A stretch of 64,000 nt of DNA from Eledone cirrhosa (lineage: Eukaryota), in contig OZ024744.1 in the NCBI GenBank assembly GCA_964016885.1, positions 98,084,001-98,148,000 on the forward strand, read 5' to 3'. Under the pieces are notes generated by a model. That model ran no database searches. It saw only the letters and a list, made by a program, of their open reading frames with translations, and had not been told where the DNA came from. Positions 53,355 to 64,000 of the stretch are shown in pieces. A program made the translations under genes and the position numbers. Positions within the stretch are counted from its first letter, which is position 1. The number at the start of each line of letters is the position of its first letter.

Positions 53355-53390
53355 TCTTCTGATGAAGGACTAGCGTCCGAAACATTAAGA
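53355..53390 (+). ncRNA. Minimal hammerhead-like motif (family D); decayed copies at 3375-3410 and 13034-13068
   Basis: Consensus of three copies is TCTT CTGATGA A GGAC TAGY GTCC GAAA CG TT AAGA; each copy carries a different substitution in or next to the core. Confidence 0.55.
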
Positions 53391-53505
53391 CCCTCTTCTT
53401 GCTATTTCAAGCGTTAAATTAATATATTCCTTCCATATACTGTACCGATTGTGTTGTTATTTCTGTTTACCATTTACATATATTTATATATATATAGGAA
53501 AATGT

Positions 53506-53675
53506 TAGACCCCAATGGCAGAGCTCAAGCCGTTTCGACGGCTATTTCAGTCTAAAAATAGCCGTCGAAACGGCTTGAGCTCTGCCGTCGGGATCTATTA
53601 CCCACTCTACTACCCTAAGTATTGAGTACTCTGGTGCGTTATGGTCCATCTGGTTCCTTACCACACCTTCGTTAT
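53506..53675. mobile_element. Short fold-back element with the 3' half of a hammerhead
   Basis: Palindrome 53506-53598; GAAA CGGC..GCCG TC is present but the CUGAnGA half is replaced by the inverted copy. Confidence 0.55.
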
Positions 53676-54119
53676 ATACATATATATTGTGCTGGAGCAG
53701 CCTTGATGTAAGAATGCCAGATTATCATATTCCTAAGCAGTTTCTGTGCAGGGAGTTAGTCAAAGGCAAACACCCAAGGCATTAACCAAAACCCAGATAT
53801 AAAGACTGCATCAAAAGAGTTTTGATAAAGTCAAAAATAGGAGAAGACCATCCAGGCAACAATAATATCTGTCGCAGACCATCTCCAAATCAAATATTTT
53901 TCTATAGTTTCTCTGTTTGTGTATGCCATAATTCCTTTAATGATTAACTAATTATGCAATCCACACCTGATGATGTTGCCAGGATCTTATGTAACCAGGC
54001 CATTAAAATATACATATAGTGTTTTGCAACATTAAAACTTTAAAGGAGCATCACCAGTCTGGCTTCCTGTTATTTTAATCAATCAATATATACACACACA
54101 TATATATGCATGTCTATAT

Positions 54120-54158
<39 letters not shown>

Positions 54159-54962
54159 GAATATTTACGTATCGAGAGAGAGAGAAAAGGGGGGATAGGT
54201 GATACATGTAGTTATTTGCCAAATATATATATATATATATACATATATATTCATATATACATACATTTTATACATATATATGTGTGTGTGTGTTATAACA
54301 ACGGTTTTATACATGCATATACATGGTGCATGCATTTGTGTGTGCACAACTGGCTTAGAGTCCAGTGTTTTGTACATGTTCTTGCCTGCATACGTATATT
54401 GGTATGTGTAAATATGTATTTACTTAGATAGCATGAACATGCATGTGATTGTGTAATGCTTGTACTAGAATATTTTCTTACAAAAGAAACAGTTCTAGTC
54501 CTGTTGAAGTTACTTAACCCTTTACCATTTACATTACTCTATATTTACTATTGCATTTTCACAGTCAAGGCTTTACCTCACATAATATCTCATATAACAT
54601 TTACATATATGCTAAATAAATGATTTGCTATATAACTGATAAACACAACCACAAGGATATGGTCCGAACGTGGAAGGGCCGAACTCCCACTGTCATCGCC
54701 CTCCCCATCACTCTCTGTATGGTGAGCAAATGGGGTCCCACGTGCTAGCCTGCCCACAGCCCCGGCGGACAGAATGGAGAAGGCATTTCCCCGGAGGATG
54801 GTGATGGTATTATGTTAATGAGAGATTATTGTGAAACAGTGCTCAGGTGCACTACAATCCATCAAAGGAGCATTTGAACTCATAGTACATACAATAGTGT
54901 ACAAATGTTAGAAAGGTGAACAGTGTATGAGTTGATATACACACAGACACACACACACACGC

Positions 54963-55001
<39 letters not shown>

Positions 55002-55411
55002 TGTGTGTGTGTGTGTATATATGGAGGGGGAATATCAGGTGTAGTGTTGACAAATGTAGCTGAACACTCATATCTGAGAGTTTGTGCATTCATTTCCATA
55101 TGTATTTCCATATACACAGCTGTATATGTGTGTGTGCATTTGGCTTTATGCTCACTACAATCTCCACACTTACCTCCCCTTACAAACGCTGTAATTAAAT
55201 ATCAAGACTAAATGTGATTTTATTATCTCTCCTTTTCTTATTTTTTGTTTTGATTTTGTTTGGTTAATATATATATATATGGGGGGGGGGGGGGCTTTCT
55301 TTCCTACTTGTTTTTTTTTTCCTTTCATGGAGAAGAGTGCAGCCCCAAAACGTTATGTACTTATTTTCTTTCATGTCTTTGACGGTTTTTCTTGCATTCT
55401 TATTATTTTGT

Positions 55412-55440
<29 letters not shown>

Positions 55441-55452
<12 letters not shown>

Positions 55453-55987
55453 TTATTGAATATAAAAGAGAGATAAACACAGATATATACATATATGTGT
55501 TCAAATCGTAAGGGACCAGATTCGCTGGGGAGAAATAGATACTAACTATGGACAATAGGGATTGCTAGACTCAATTTAAGAATAAATCAAGAAAATAAAT
55601 ACAAACCGGAATTGTGGTAAGAAGTGAAGAGTTTATTAATTTTACACCCACTGATGAGCAATAAGAATTGGTAATTCTCTTCACAATTAAATTGCGAAAC
55701 AGCATTACCAAACGCTGTCTGGGTGACTGGTTGTTATCACAATTCCGGTTCGTATTTATTTTCTTGATTTATTCTTAAATTGAGTCAGGCAAACCCTATT
55801 GTCCATAGTTAGTATCTTTTTCACACTACCGAATCTGGTCCCTTACGATTTGAACACATATATGTATATATCTGTGTTTATCTCTCTTTTATATTCAATT
55901 ATATTATACAGTCCGGAAAAATCTCTTTCCTTGAGCTATTTAATTGTAAGAGACTATTTTGTGTTTCTAACTCAATATATACCTTTG

Positions 55988-55990
<3 letters not shown>
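55441..55990. mobile_element. Fold-back element with an intact hammerhead in its loop
   Basis: Inverted arms ~55445-55620 and ~55732-55908 surround hammerhead 55645-55725; (TA)n flanks. Confidence 0.75.
55645..55725 (+). ncRNA. Type I hammerhead ribozyme, intact core
   Basis: CACCCA CTGATGA GCAAT..ATTGC GAAA CAGC..GCTG TC TGGGTG; all three stems pair; predicted cleavage after GUC (C55719). Confidence 0.88.
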
Positions 55991-56035
<45 letters not shown>

Positions 56036-56162
56036 AAAGTTCTATTTAAATTGTTGGGATACAACAAGCAAATATTTTTATAACTGATATAAAGCACTCG
56101 ACAAGTATTTGGAGTAAATATACGATATTAACAAATGGAAACTATATTTATAAAACGATATT

Positions 56163-56227
56163 TATTTTATTATACATATTTCAAGGATACCATGTTAAAT
56201 TATGGTATGCCTTCATCAGACAAAATA
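56163..56227 (-). ncRNA. Minimal type I hammerhead (family A diverged, opposite strand)
   Basis: Reverse-complement copy in the left arm. Confidence 0.72.
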
Positions 56228-56370
56228 CAATATATACCAGTTTTATAAATAAACATTGACGTACCCTTTCAAAATGCAACCGTTACTTTTACATCCTGAT
56301 GTCTTCCAAAAGTAACGGTTGCATTTTGAAAGGGTACGTCAATGTTTATTTATAAAACTGGTATATATTG

Positions 56371-56435
56371 TATTTTGTCTGATGAAGGCATACCATAATT
56401 TAACATGGTATCCTTGAAATATGTATAATAAAATA
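56371..56435 (+). ncRNA. Minimal type I hammerhead (family A, diverged subfamily)
   Basis: TATTTTGT CTGATGA AGGCATACCAT..ATGGTATCCTT GAAA TATGTA TA ATAAAATA; the stem changes relative to 42553 keep the pairing. Confidence 0.75.
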
Positions 56436-56474
56436 AATATGGTTTTATAAATATAGTTTCCATTTGTTAATATC

Positions 56475-56524
<50 letters not shown>

Positions 56525-58079
56525 GTGTCTTCTTGTCTGATGACCGTGAGATAAGCAGAAGAAAACTCCATAGTAACAAGACTCAGTATTTAACCTTAAT
56601 AATAAAATGATGAATATTTAAACTGTACTTTGGTATCAAGTACTCTTTTTCTCTCAGCTGTCAACCACATTCAGACATTTGAGTGTGTGTATGTGTGTAT
56701 GTATGTGTGTATGTATGTATGTGTGTGCGTGTGTATGTATGTTTGTAGATAACACACACACACGTGTTAGAAAACAGGATAGACAATTGGTTATGACTAC
56801 TATGTCTTTCCTCAGAGAAGAAGAGACCACTTAACAAATTAATTATTAATGACATCAGAATAATAACGAGATGGAATCAAATATGCAGGATAATCTGGAG
56901 AAGCGTAGAGAAGTTAAAGGATTCTGCGAAATACCAGAACTTCTGTATATTGATGATATGATTATTTTAGCCAAGTCTATGCAAGAGCTTGGTAAGAAAT
57001 TCCTGTTGGGGAATTGGAGCTTAGAATTAAAAGGGTTCAGAGTAAATATAGCAAAAAACCAAAGTTTTAGTTAGTAGGAAAGAAGACACATCTCTGGCCC
57101 TCTCAGGGAGGTGGTTTTGTGGAAGGTTAGCAGTCACTCATGCATGTCACCCTCCTCTCTTCACATCACTGATGTTGTCCTAGGGAAAGGCAATGGTCGA
57201 TACAGCTTGGCACCAGTGAACTCGCAACTCATTTCTACAGCTGAGTGAACTGAAGCAACATGAAATAAAGTGTCTTGCTCAAGGACACAACAGATCGGCT
57301 GGACCAAGGATCGATCTCACAAACTTCATGATTGCAAGCCCTAACCACTAATCAATACGCCTTCACTCATGTACACCACTATTATACATCCATCGGAGTG
57401 TGCTCACCTCATGCCATTCCAATTTCTGTAAGACCTCCACACCCAAGACTCAAGTGTCATTTCCATGCGGTATTGCTGTTCATAAACAATCATCATCCAC
57501 TGCCTTTCACATTGAGGAAGACTACTTTTGTAGTTAACAGTATATATACACGTAGCCAGCACATCTATGAGGTGCTAGTGAGGGGTGATTTTAATGAGAA
57601 GTTACTATATATGCAGCAACAGCCTTCAGTATCCATGAATAGTAAGACCAACACTGTGTTGCCATCAGAGAAAGACCCTGTTAATTTCAAGTTAATGGCC
57701 TCTAATACTCGGTAAAGACCACTTTAACTTCATCTTGTCTGTATGTATATGCAAGGTAGACAACTCTCACTTTCCTTGCACCACTGCTGCCAACAACCAA
57801 TAAACGCACACACACATTTAAAATTATGCTGTTGTCAACCTTTGTTGATAAGGAGGATAATCGACAGTAGATACACAGACATATTTGTTGTGTTGTTGCT
57901 GTCATTAAATTACCATCTTCCACAACTATTTAACTGTCAATTTTAACAGATGTTCCCTTAGAGCAGTCTTCCTTTGTTTTTTTTTAATTTGCTCACTCCA
58001 AGCAAGGCAATAAAAGCACTAAAATGCAAGGAGTTACTGAGAAGAGAAAAGGATAAAACAGGGAGATTATACACACACT

Positions 58080-58121
<42 letters not shown>

Positions 58122-58215
58122 AAAAATGGAATGCTGCATGGTTGCACATGGGTTACATATGAATAAAATTAGTCCTTCATCAGTGATCTTCCAACCTTCA
58201 TTGGTATTTCATCGC

Positions 58216-58402
58216 TTGGATTGGCAGTATCGGTAGAGGGTCAGACGCCATGCTTTGCAGCAAAGAGTTACGGCCCTTTATGGTCCGAGTTCAAATCCCG
58301 CCGAGGTTAACTTTGCCTTTCATCCTTACGGGGTCGATAAAATAAAGTACCAGTAATACACTGGATAATTGCAGGCCTTGTGCCAAAAGTAGAAACAATT
58401 GT
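58216..58402 (+). mobile_element. tRNA-derived SINE family 1 (representative). Other copies approx.: 1427-1604-, 4207-4357-, 5520-5725+, 9562-9781-, 15563-15737-, 15750-15866-, 21134-21312+, 21325-21522+, 21567-21749-, 35872-35974+, 40081-40273+, 47030-47229-, 47475-47664+, 47668-47819+, 50808-50968-, 50966-51129+, 51238-51413+, 51416-51593+
   Basis: A-box-like TGGCAGTATCGG, B box GAGTTCAAATCC, central GCCTTTCATCCTTACGGGGTCGATAAAA and an AT-rich tail. Confidence 0.88.
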
Positions 58403-58754
58403 TATAATAATCGTTTAACGTCCATCTTCCACACTAGCAAGGGTAAGACGCTGTCCCTTTGTGAGGGATCAGGTCAGGGGATCGTGATTTGCTCACTCAG
58501 AACTGATTTTGCTTTGTTTCTACGGCTGGATTCCCTTCCTGACACCAAACACATTTACAGAGTGTGCTGGGTGCTTTTTGCCATGTTGCCTACACAACCA
58601 CTTTACAGCGTATATATATATATATATATAAATATATATATATTATTAGTACAGATTAAAAGTTTAAGCAAAGAATTTCTGCTTTCACCTTAAGCAGGAT
58701 CTTATCGAGTTCTCTTCGGATTTTGGTCTTTGTATCTATTATTACTATATATAT

Positions 58755-59457
58755 ATGTGTGTAATAATAATATACGTGAACGGCAAAGCATAAACGAACT
58801 AAGGAAAAAATTAGAAATAAGAGGGATCAGATGTTTACTCGAGAGAAGGCTACGTTGGTATGGTCACGTGATGCGCATGAAGGACGATAGCTGTATAACA
58901 AAGTGCAGGGCAATAAAGATAGACGGTAGCCACGGAATAGGCAGACCCAGAAAAACCTTGGACGAGCTGATAAATTCCGACCTCACACACTTACACCTCT
59001 CCAAGACAATGTCACTGGACCGAGACCTTTGGCGGTACTCAGTAATAGAGAAGACCCGCCTTACCTAAGTACAAAGTAAAACCTACTACAGTCAGTAGGC
59101 ATCTCTAACAAAATACACCCCCGTCCCACCACCCCCACCCCATCCACACCACCCCTTTCAATGTAAAGTTATGTTGGTGCCACAACATCCAGGCCGAAAC
59201 AAATGAGATCGTGTAGGTGTCACGTAAAAAAACACACAGTTCACGCTGTAATGTGGCCGTGTAGGCAACACGGTAAAAACCTCCCAGCCCCACACTGTAA
59301 ATGTGGTTGGTGTTAGGAAGGGCATCCAGCTGTAGAAAACCCGCCAGATAGTCCTATGCGAGCAAGATAACCACTCTTGCCTCAAGTGGGAAAACCCTCC
59401 GTCCAAACCCATGCAAGCGTGGAACACGGACGTTAAACGATGATGATGATGATGATG
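58755..59457 (+). mobile_element. RTE LINE 3' end
   Basis: ERRLRWYGHVMRM..GRPRKTL..DRDLWR; (TGA)n tail. Confidence 0.85.
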
Positions 59458-59675
59458 TAAAAATATTTTCGTGGTGTACATATTTTCCCATGTACGTCAA
59501 TACTCATCTTTTTCCATTTCTCAGAGGGTTCTTAACCCCACTATCAGGCAAATAATTTCTTTGATTTCTTTAGTCAAAATACGGCGATAGCCTACATTTA
59601 TAATAATAATATATATATATATATATATATATACAATATATTAACAAATGGAAACTATATTTATAAAACCATATT

Positions 59676-59741
59676 TATTTTATTATACATATTTCAAAAG
59701 CCACCAAGGCAAATTATGGTGCGCTTTCATCAGATAAAATA
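59676..59741 (-). ncRNA. Minimal type I hammerhead (family A, opposite strand)
   Basis: Reverse-complement copy in the left arm, with two substitutions in stem II. Confidence 0.7.
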
Positions 59742-59936
59742 CAATACAGATTAGTTTTATAAATAAATATTGACATACCCTGAAAAAAAGACAACCGTAA
59801 CGGTTGGAGCTTCCTGGATAGTGGAGATATTACATTTATTGAGGGTGATATCTCCACTATCCAGGAAGCTCCAACCGTTAAGGTTGTCTTTTTTTCAGGG
59901 TATGTCAATATTTATTTATAAAACTAATCTGTATTG

Positions 59937-60002
59937 TATTTTATCTGATGAAAGCGCACCATAATTTGCCTTGGTGGCCCTTGAAATATGTATAATAAAA
60001 TA
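59937..60002 (+). ncRNA. Minimal type I hammerhead (family A)
   Basis: Same sequence as 42553-42618. Confidence 0.75.
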
Positions 60003-60939
60003 AATATGGTTTTATAAATATAGTTTCCATTTGTTAATATATTGTATATTTACTCCAATAAACTGTATATCAGTTATAAAAATATTTTTAAGCTTGTTGT
60101 ATCCCAAAAAATTAAATATAACCTCTGCATATATATATATATATATATAATTTACTCACTCCAGGCAAGGCAATAAATCCACTAAAATGCAAGGGGTTAC
60201 TGAGAAGGCAAAAGAACAAGACAGAGAGAACATAATTCAAGGAGAGATGACAATTGATATTGCTTTTGGATTTTGCAAATTTGTAGTTAGTGGTCAGAAA
60301 TGTAGGAAGCTGAAAGATAATTCCATAGGTAAGATGTAATGAGGGAAGAAACTATCAGAGTAGAATTTGCAATTGCATTTAAGAACTTTAACTGTAAATG
60401 TATGATGAAACCTAGCCGCCAATCTGGTGCTCATGGTAAACTCATAAGGGCAAGGCAATAAAGAGGAAAGCTCTTCCTCCCACACAATCTCCAGTCAACA
60501 ACCTTTTCTAAAGGCCTCCTTCTTTACCTCGTCTGTGAGGGTAAATGTACCACAGTTATTCTGAAAATATTTTTATCTCCATCTTGATTGTCTCTGATAC
60601 ATTGCTCTGCAATCTGAAAAAACACCTTACACCACTGATCTTTTCAACACAGAACATTGGCAAACTGCTTGCTTTCAACTTCTCTACAAGTGATGTAAAC
60701 CTTAAACCTAGCTTCTCTTCTAGTTACTTAACATTGTACTTTTCTGCCCCCTATCTTCCACCCTATCTATATATGCAAATATATCATCATCATCGTTAAA
60801 CGTCCATTTTTTATGCTTGCTTGGGTTAGATGGGTTGTCACTTATGAGACAAGTCAGGTCAGGTGACCACATCTTGCTCATATAGATCTGTATTTTGGTT
60901 TTGTTTCTATGGCTGGGTGCCCTTCCTAACACCAACCAC

Positions 60940-61800
60940 ATTATAGGGTGGACTGTGTGCTTTTTATCATGCTACCAAAATGACCATCTAACAGGGTGAA
61001 CTGAGTGTATTTTTCGTGTCACCAGCACAACCCTTTTACAGGGTGAAATGGGCATTTTTTGTTGTGTTGCCAACACAACCACCCTACAAGGTGAATTGAG
61101 TACGTTTTCTCATGTCACCAACATGACCTTACAGGATGGACTGGAAGCCTCTTGTCATGTCACCAGAACAACCACCATACAGAGTGGATTGGGAGTTGCT
61201 TCTTATGTCACCAACAACCACCATACAGTCTGGATTGGGAGTTGCCTCTTGTTATGTCACCAGTACAACCACCATACAGAGTGGATTAGGAGTTGCCTCT
61301 TCTGTCACCAGTACAACCACCATACAGAGTGGATTGGGAGTTGCCTCTTGTTATGTCACCAGTACAACCTACCATACAGAGTGGATTGGGAGTTGCCTCT
61401 TATGTCACCAATACAACCACCATACAGTCTGGATTGGGAGTTGCCTCTTGTTATGTCACCAGTACAACCTACCATACAGAGTGGATTGGGAGTTGCCTCT
61501 TCTGTCACCAGTACAACCACCATACAGACTGGATTGGGAGTTGCCCCTTATGTCACCAATACAACCACCATACAGTCTGGATTGGGAGTTGCCTCTTGTT
61601 ATGTCACCAGTACAACCACCATACAGAGTGGATTAGGAGTTGCCTCTTGTCATGTCACCAGTACAACCTACCATACAGACTGGATTGGGAGTTGCCTCTT
61701 GTTATGTCACCAACACAACCACCATACAGAGTGGATTGGGAGTTGCCTCTTGTTATATCACCAGTACAACCATCTTACAGGATGGGCTGGCTGCTTTTGT
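60940..61800. repeat. ~45-51-bp minisatellite, variant of the same module
   Basis: Unit approx. cagtacaaccaccatacagagtggattgggagttgcctcttgttatgtcac. Confidence 0.88.
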
Positions 61801-62966
61801 TGTTGTGTCAATAGATAGCCGTACATGGTAAGCAAAATGCCAATTTTTTTTTTTTGTCAAGTCTGTAGTATTATGAGGAGGTGGGCAGATTTGGAACGTG
61901 TCCATCTTCCATATCTTTAATCATTTTCCATGCCTGTGTTTATGTCCATGAATGTTGTAACATTCATTCTCCTCTTTCAACAAACATGAAAGTAATAAAA
62001 CTTTATATTGTTGTATCCTTGTCTTTGTCTTGCTTATCTTATATATCATCATCACATTCATCATCGTTTAATGCCTATTTTCAATGCTTGCATGGGTCTG
62101 ATGGTTTGTCACATAATGAGATTAGTTATGTCAGGTGACCATGTCTTACATATTGATTTTATAAGGTATGCCTCTGCAAGCTTTCAGTCTACCAAATTTC
62201 TTTTGTAAGATATTGATTGAACTATATATATAGCAAAATCTGTCCACACCTTGACCCCTGGGTGATATTTAACGGTCATTTTTAGGGTTATCTCCTTTCG
62301 GGTATAAACAGGTCTGAGAGTGGACAACTTTTGAGAGAGAGGTCAGTCTTTTGTTCTCAAGGCTTGGGGACAGAGAAAGCGACATAGATAAATAGCCTGT
62401 CTTAGATCAAGCCGGGGGGGAGAGGGCACTTCGAAGCAGTTCTTGATAGAGTAAACATGTAAAACATTTGACTTCTACAGACCTCTTGGGGTCTTACAGA
62501 CTCTTACTTTCTCTGTTTCACTCAATCTCTATCTCTTGGTCTCTCTCTTATCCAAGCCAGTGAAGTTCATGAAGTTTTCTTGGTAAATACAATTTAATTC
62601 TACTTTTACAAACAAACAAATAACGTACATAATTCCTGTGTATTTTTCATATAGCTTTGCTGTGAGCTATTTTCAATAAATTACTGTCAATTAAATGATT
62701 TACTTTAAATCCTTGTTAATCTTTATTCTTTATATATATATTTAATTTGTCGGTTATTCAACAAAAATATTTATATTTATAACAGATTCGAAGCACTTGA
62801 CAGGTCTTCTGGAGTAGAATATCCTTTTTTAATTTTTTGGTACCCCCTTTTTATACTCCCACCTGCAAGCATGTGTGTATTTATAGTTTGTCTGCCTATA
62901 TGTTTATGCACACACACGCGCACGTGTATGTATGAATGTGTTTGTGTGTGTATATTTATAGGTGTT

Positions 62967-62998
<32 letters not shown>

Positions 62999-63009
62999 CA
63001 TGTGTGTGT

Positions 63010-63314
63010 GTCATCATCATCATCGTTTAACGTCCATCTTCCACGCTTGCATGGGTTTGGACGGGAGTTTTCCCCACTTGAGGCAAGATTGGTTGTCTTG
63101 CTCGTATAGGACTGTCTGGCAGGTTTTCTACGGCTGGCTACCCTTCCTAACACCAACCACGTTTACAGTGTGGGGCTGGGAGGTTTTTACCGTGTTACCT
63201 ACACGGCCACATTACAGCATGGACTGTGTGTTTTTTTCGTGACACCGACACGATCTCATTTATTTCGGATTGGATTACATCGAAAGGGGTGGTGTGGATG
63301 ATGTGTGTGCGTGT

Positions 63315-63345
<31 letters not shown>

Positions 63346-63732
63346 TTAGAGATGCCTACTGACTGTAGGTTTCGCTTTGTACTTAGGCAAGGCGGGTCTT
63401 CTGTATTACTGAGTACCGCCAAAGATCTCGGTCCAGTGGCATTGTCTTGGAGAGGTGTAAGTGTGTGAGGTCGGAATTTATCAAGTCGTCCCAGGTTTTT
63501 CTGGGTCTGCCTACTCCGTGGCTACCGTCTATTTTTATCGCCCTGCACTTTTTTATACAGCTGTCGACTTTCATGCACATCACGTGACCATACCAACGTA
63601 GTCTTCTCTCGAGTAAACAGCATCTGATCCCTCTTATTCCTAATTTCTCCCTTAGTTCATTTATGCTTTGCTGTTCACGTATATTACTATTGCACATCCA
63701 GCGGAGCATGCAAGCTTCGTTCCTCTCCAATA
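63010..63732 (-). mobile_element. RTE LINE 3' end, same subfamily as 58755-59457
   Basis: ORF 63383..63730 is nearly identical to ORF 58730..59068. Confidence 0.85.
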
Positions 63733-64000
63733 TATATATATATGTGTGCGTATATATATGTATATATGTTTTTGTATATATGTGTGTATGGATTTACGTA
63801 TGTTTATATGTATGCGTGTGTTGATTTTTTATTGCATGTGTGTGTGCGCGCGCGCATCTGTACGTATGTGTGGGTTATGTACCTATGAAATTCATCTATC
63901 TAATTTATTGTTTTTTTGTATGTGTATATATATATGTGTGTATATATATATATATATATGCATATATATATATGTATATATATATTTATATATATACATA

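Larger units (their letters stand above)
56030..56480. mobile_element. Fold-back element, family A (diverged)
   Basis: About 180-bp arms with a short loop; embedded in (TA)n. Confidence 0.8.
59632..60129. mobile_element. Fold-back element, family A
   Basis: About 195-bp arms; the loop is the reverse complement of the 42273 loop; embedded in (TA)n. Confidence 0.8.

Noticed and set aside
57702-57923. ORF ending EVKVVFTEY as SelW exon 1
   Set aside because: It ends in TAG with no TG|GT donor, so it cannot supply the Cys codon.
58216-58305. tRNA genes
   Set aside because: The A/B-box heads continue into SINE bodies in many diverged copies; no clean cloverleaf was seen.
58655-58730. Minus-strand CCGAAGA...GAAA hammerhead-like motif
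   Set aside because: Stems I and II do not pair convincingly.

Overview
AT-rich, repeat-dense animal genomic DNA. The SINE, RTE and microsatellite landscape looks like a cephalopod (octopus-type) genome; that assignment is inference. The ORF track is almost entirely artefact or decayed LINE fragments. The one host gene I can support is essentially invisible in the track: a minus-strand selenoprotein W gene. It has four tiny coding exons (39816-39840, 27962-28015, 23465-23542, 20516-20593), an in-frame TGA selenocysteine codon in a (C)GAU motif, and a separate 3'UTR exon carrying a SECIS element and poly(A) signal; exon 1 was not found in the window. Its introns and flanks hold RTE, CR1-like and CRE-like LINE relics, two tRNA-derived SINE families, hAT/piggyBac/Tc-mariner MITEs, and three large satellites. 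Two of the satellites were amplified from LINE coding ends, and one telomere-like G4 array sits inside long terminal inverted repeats. There is also a set of fold-back elements carrying hammerhead ribozyme motifs, probably Penelope-derived, several with a ribozyme on each strand.
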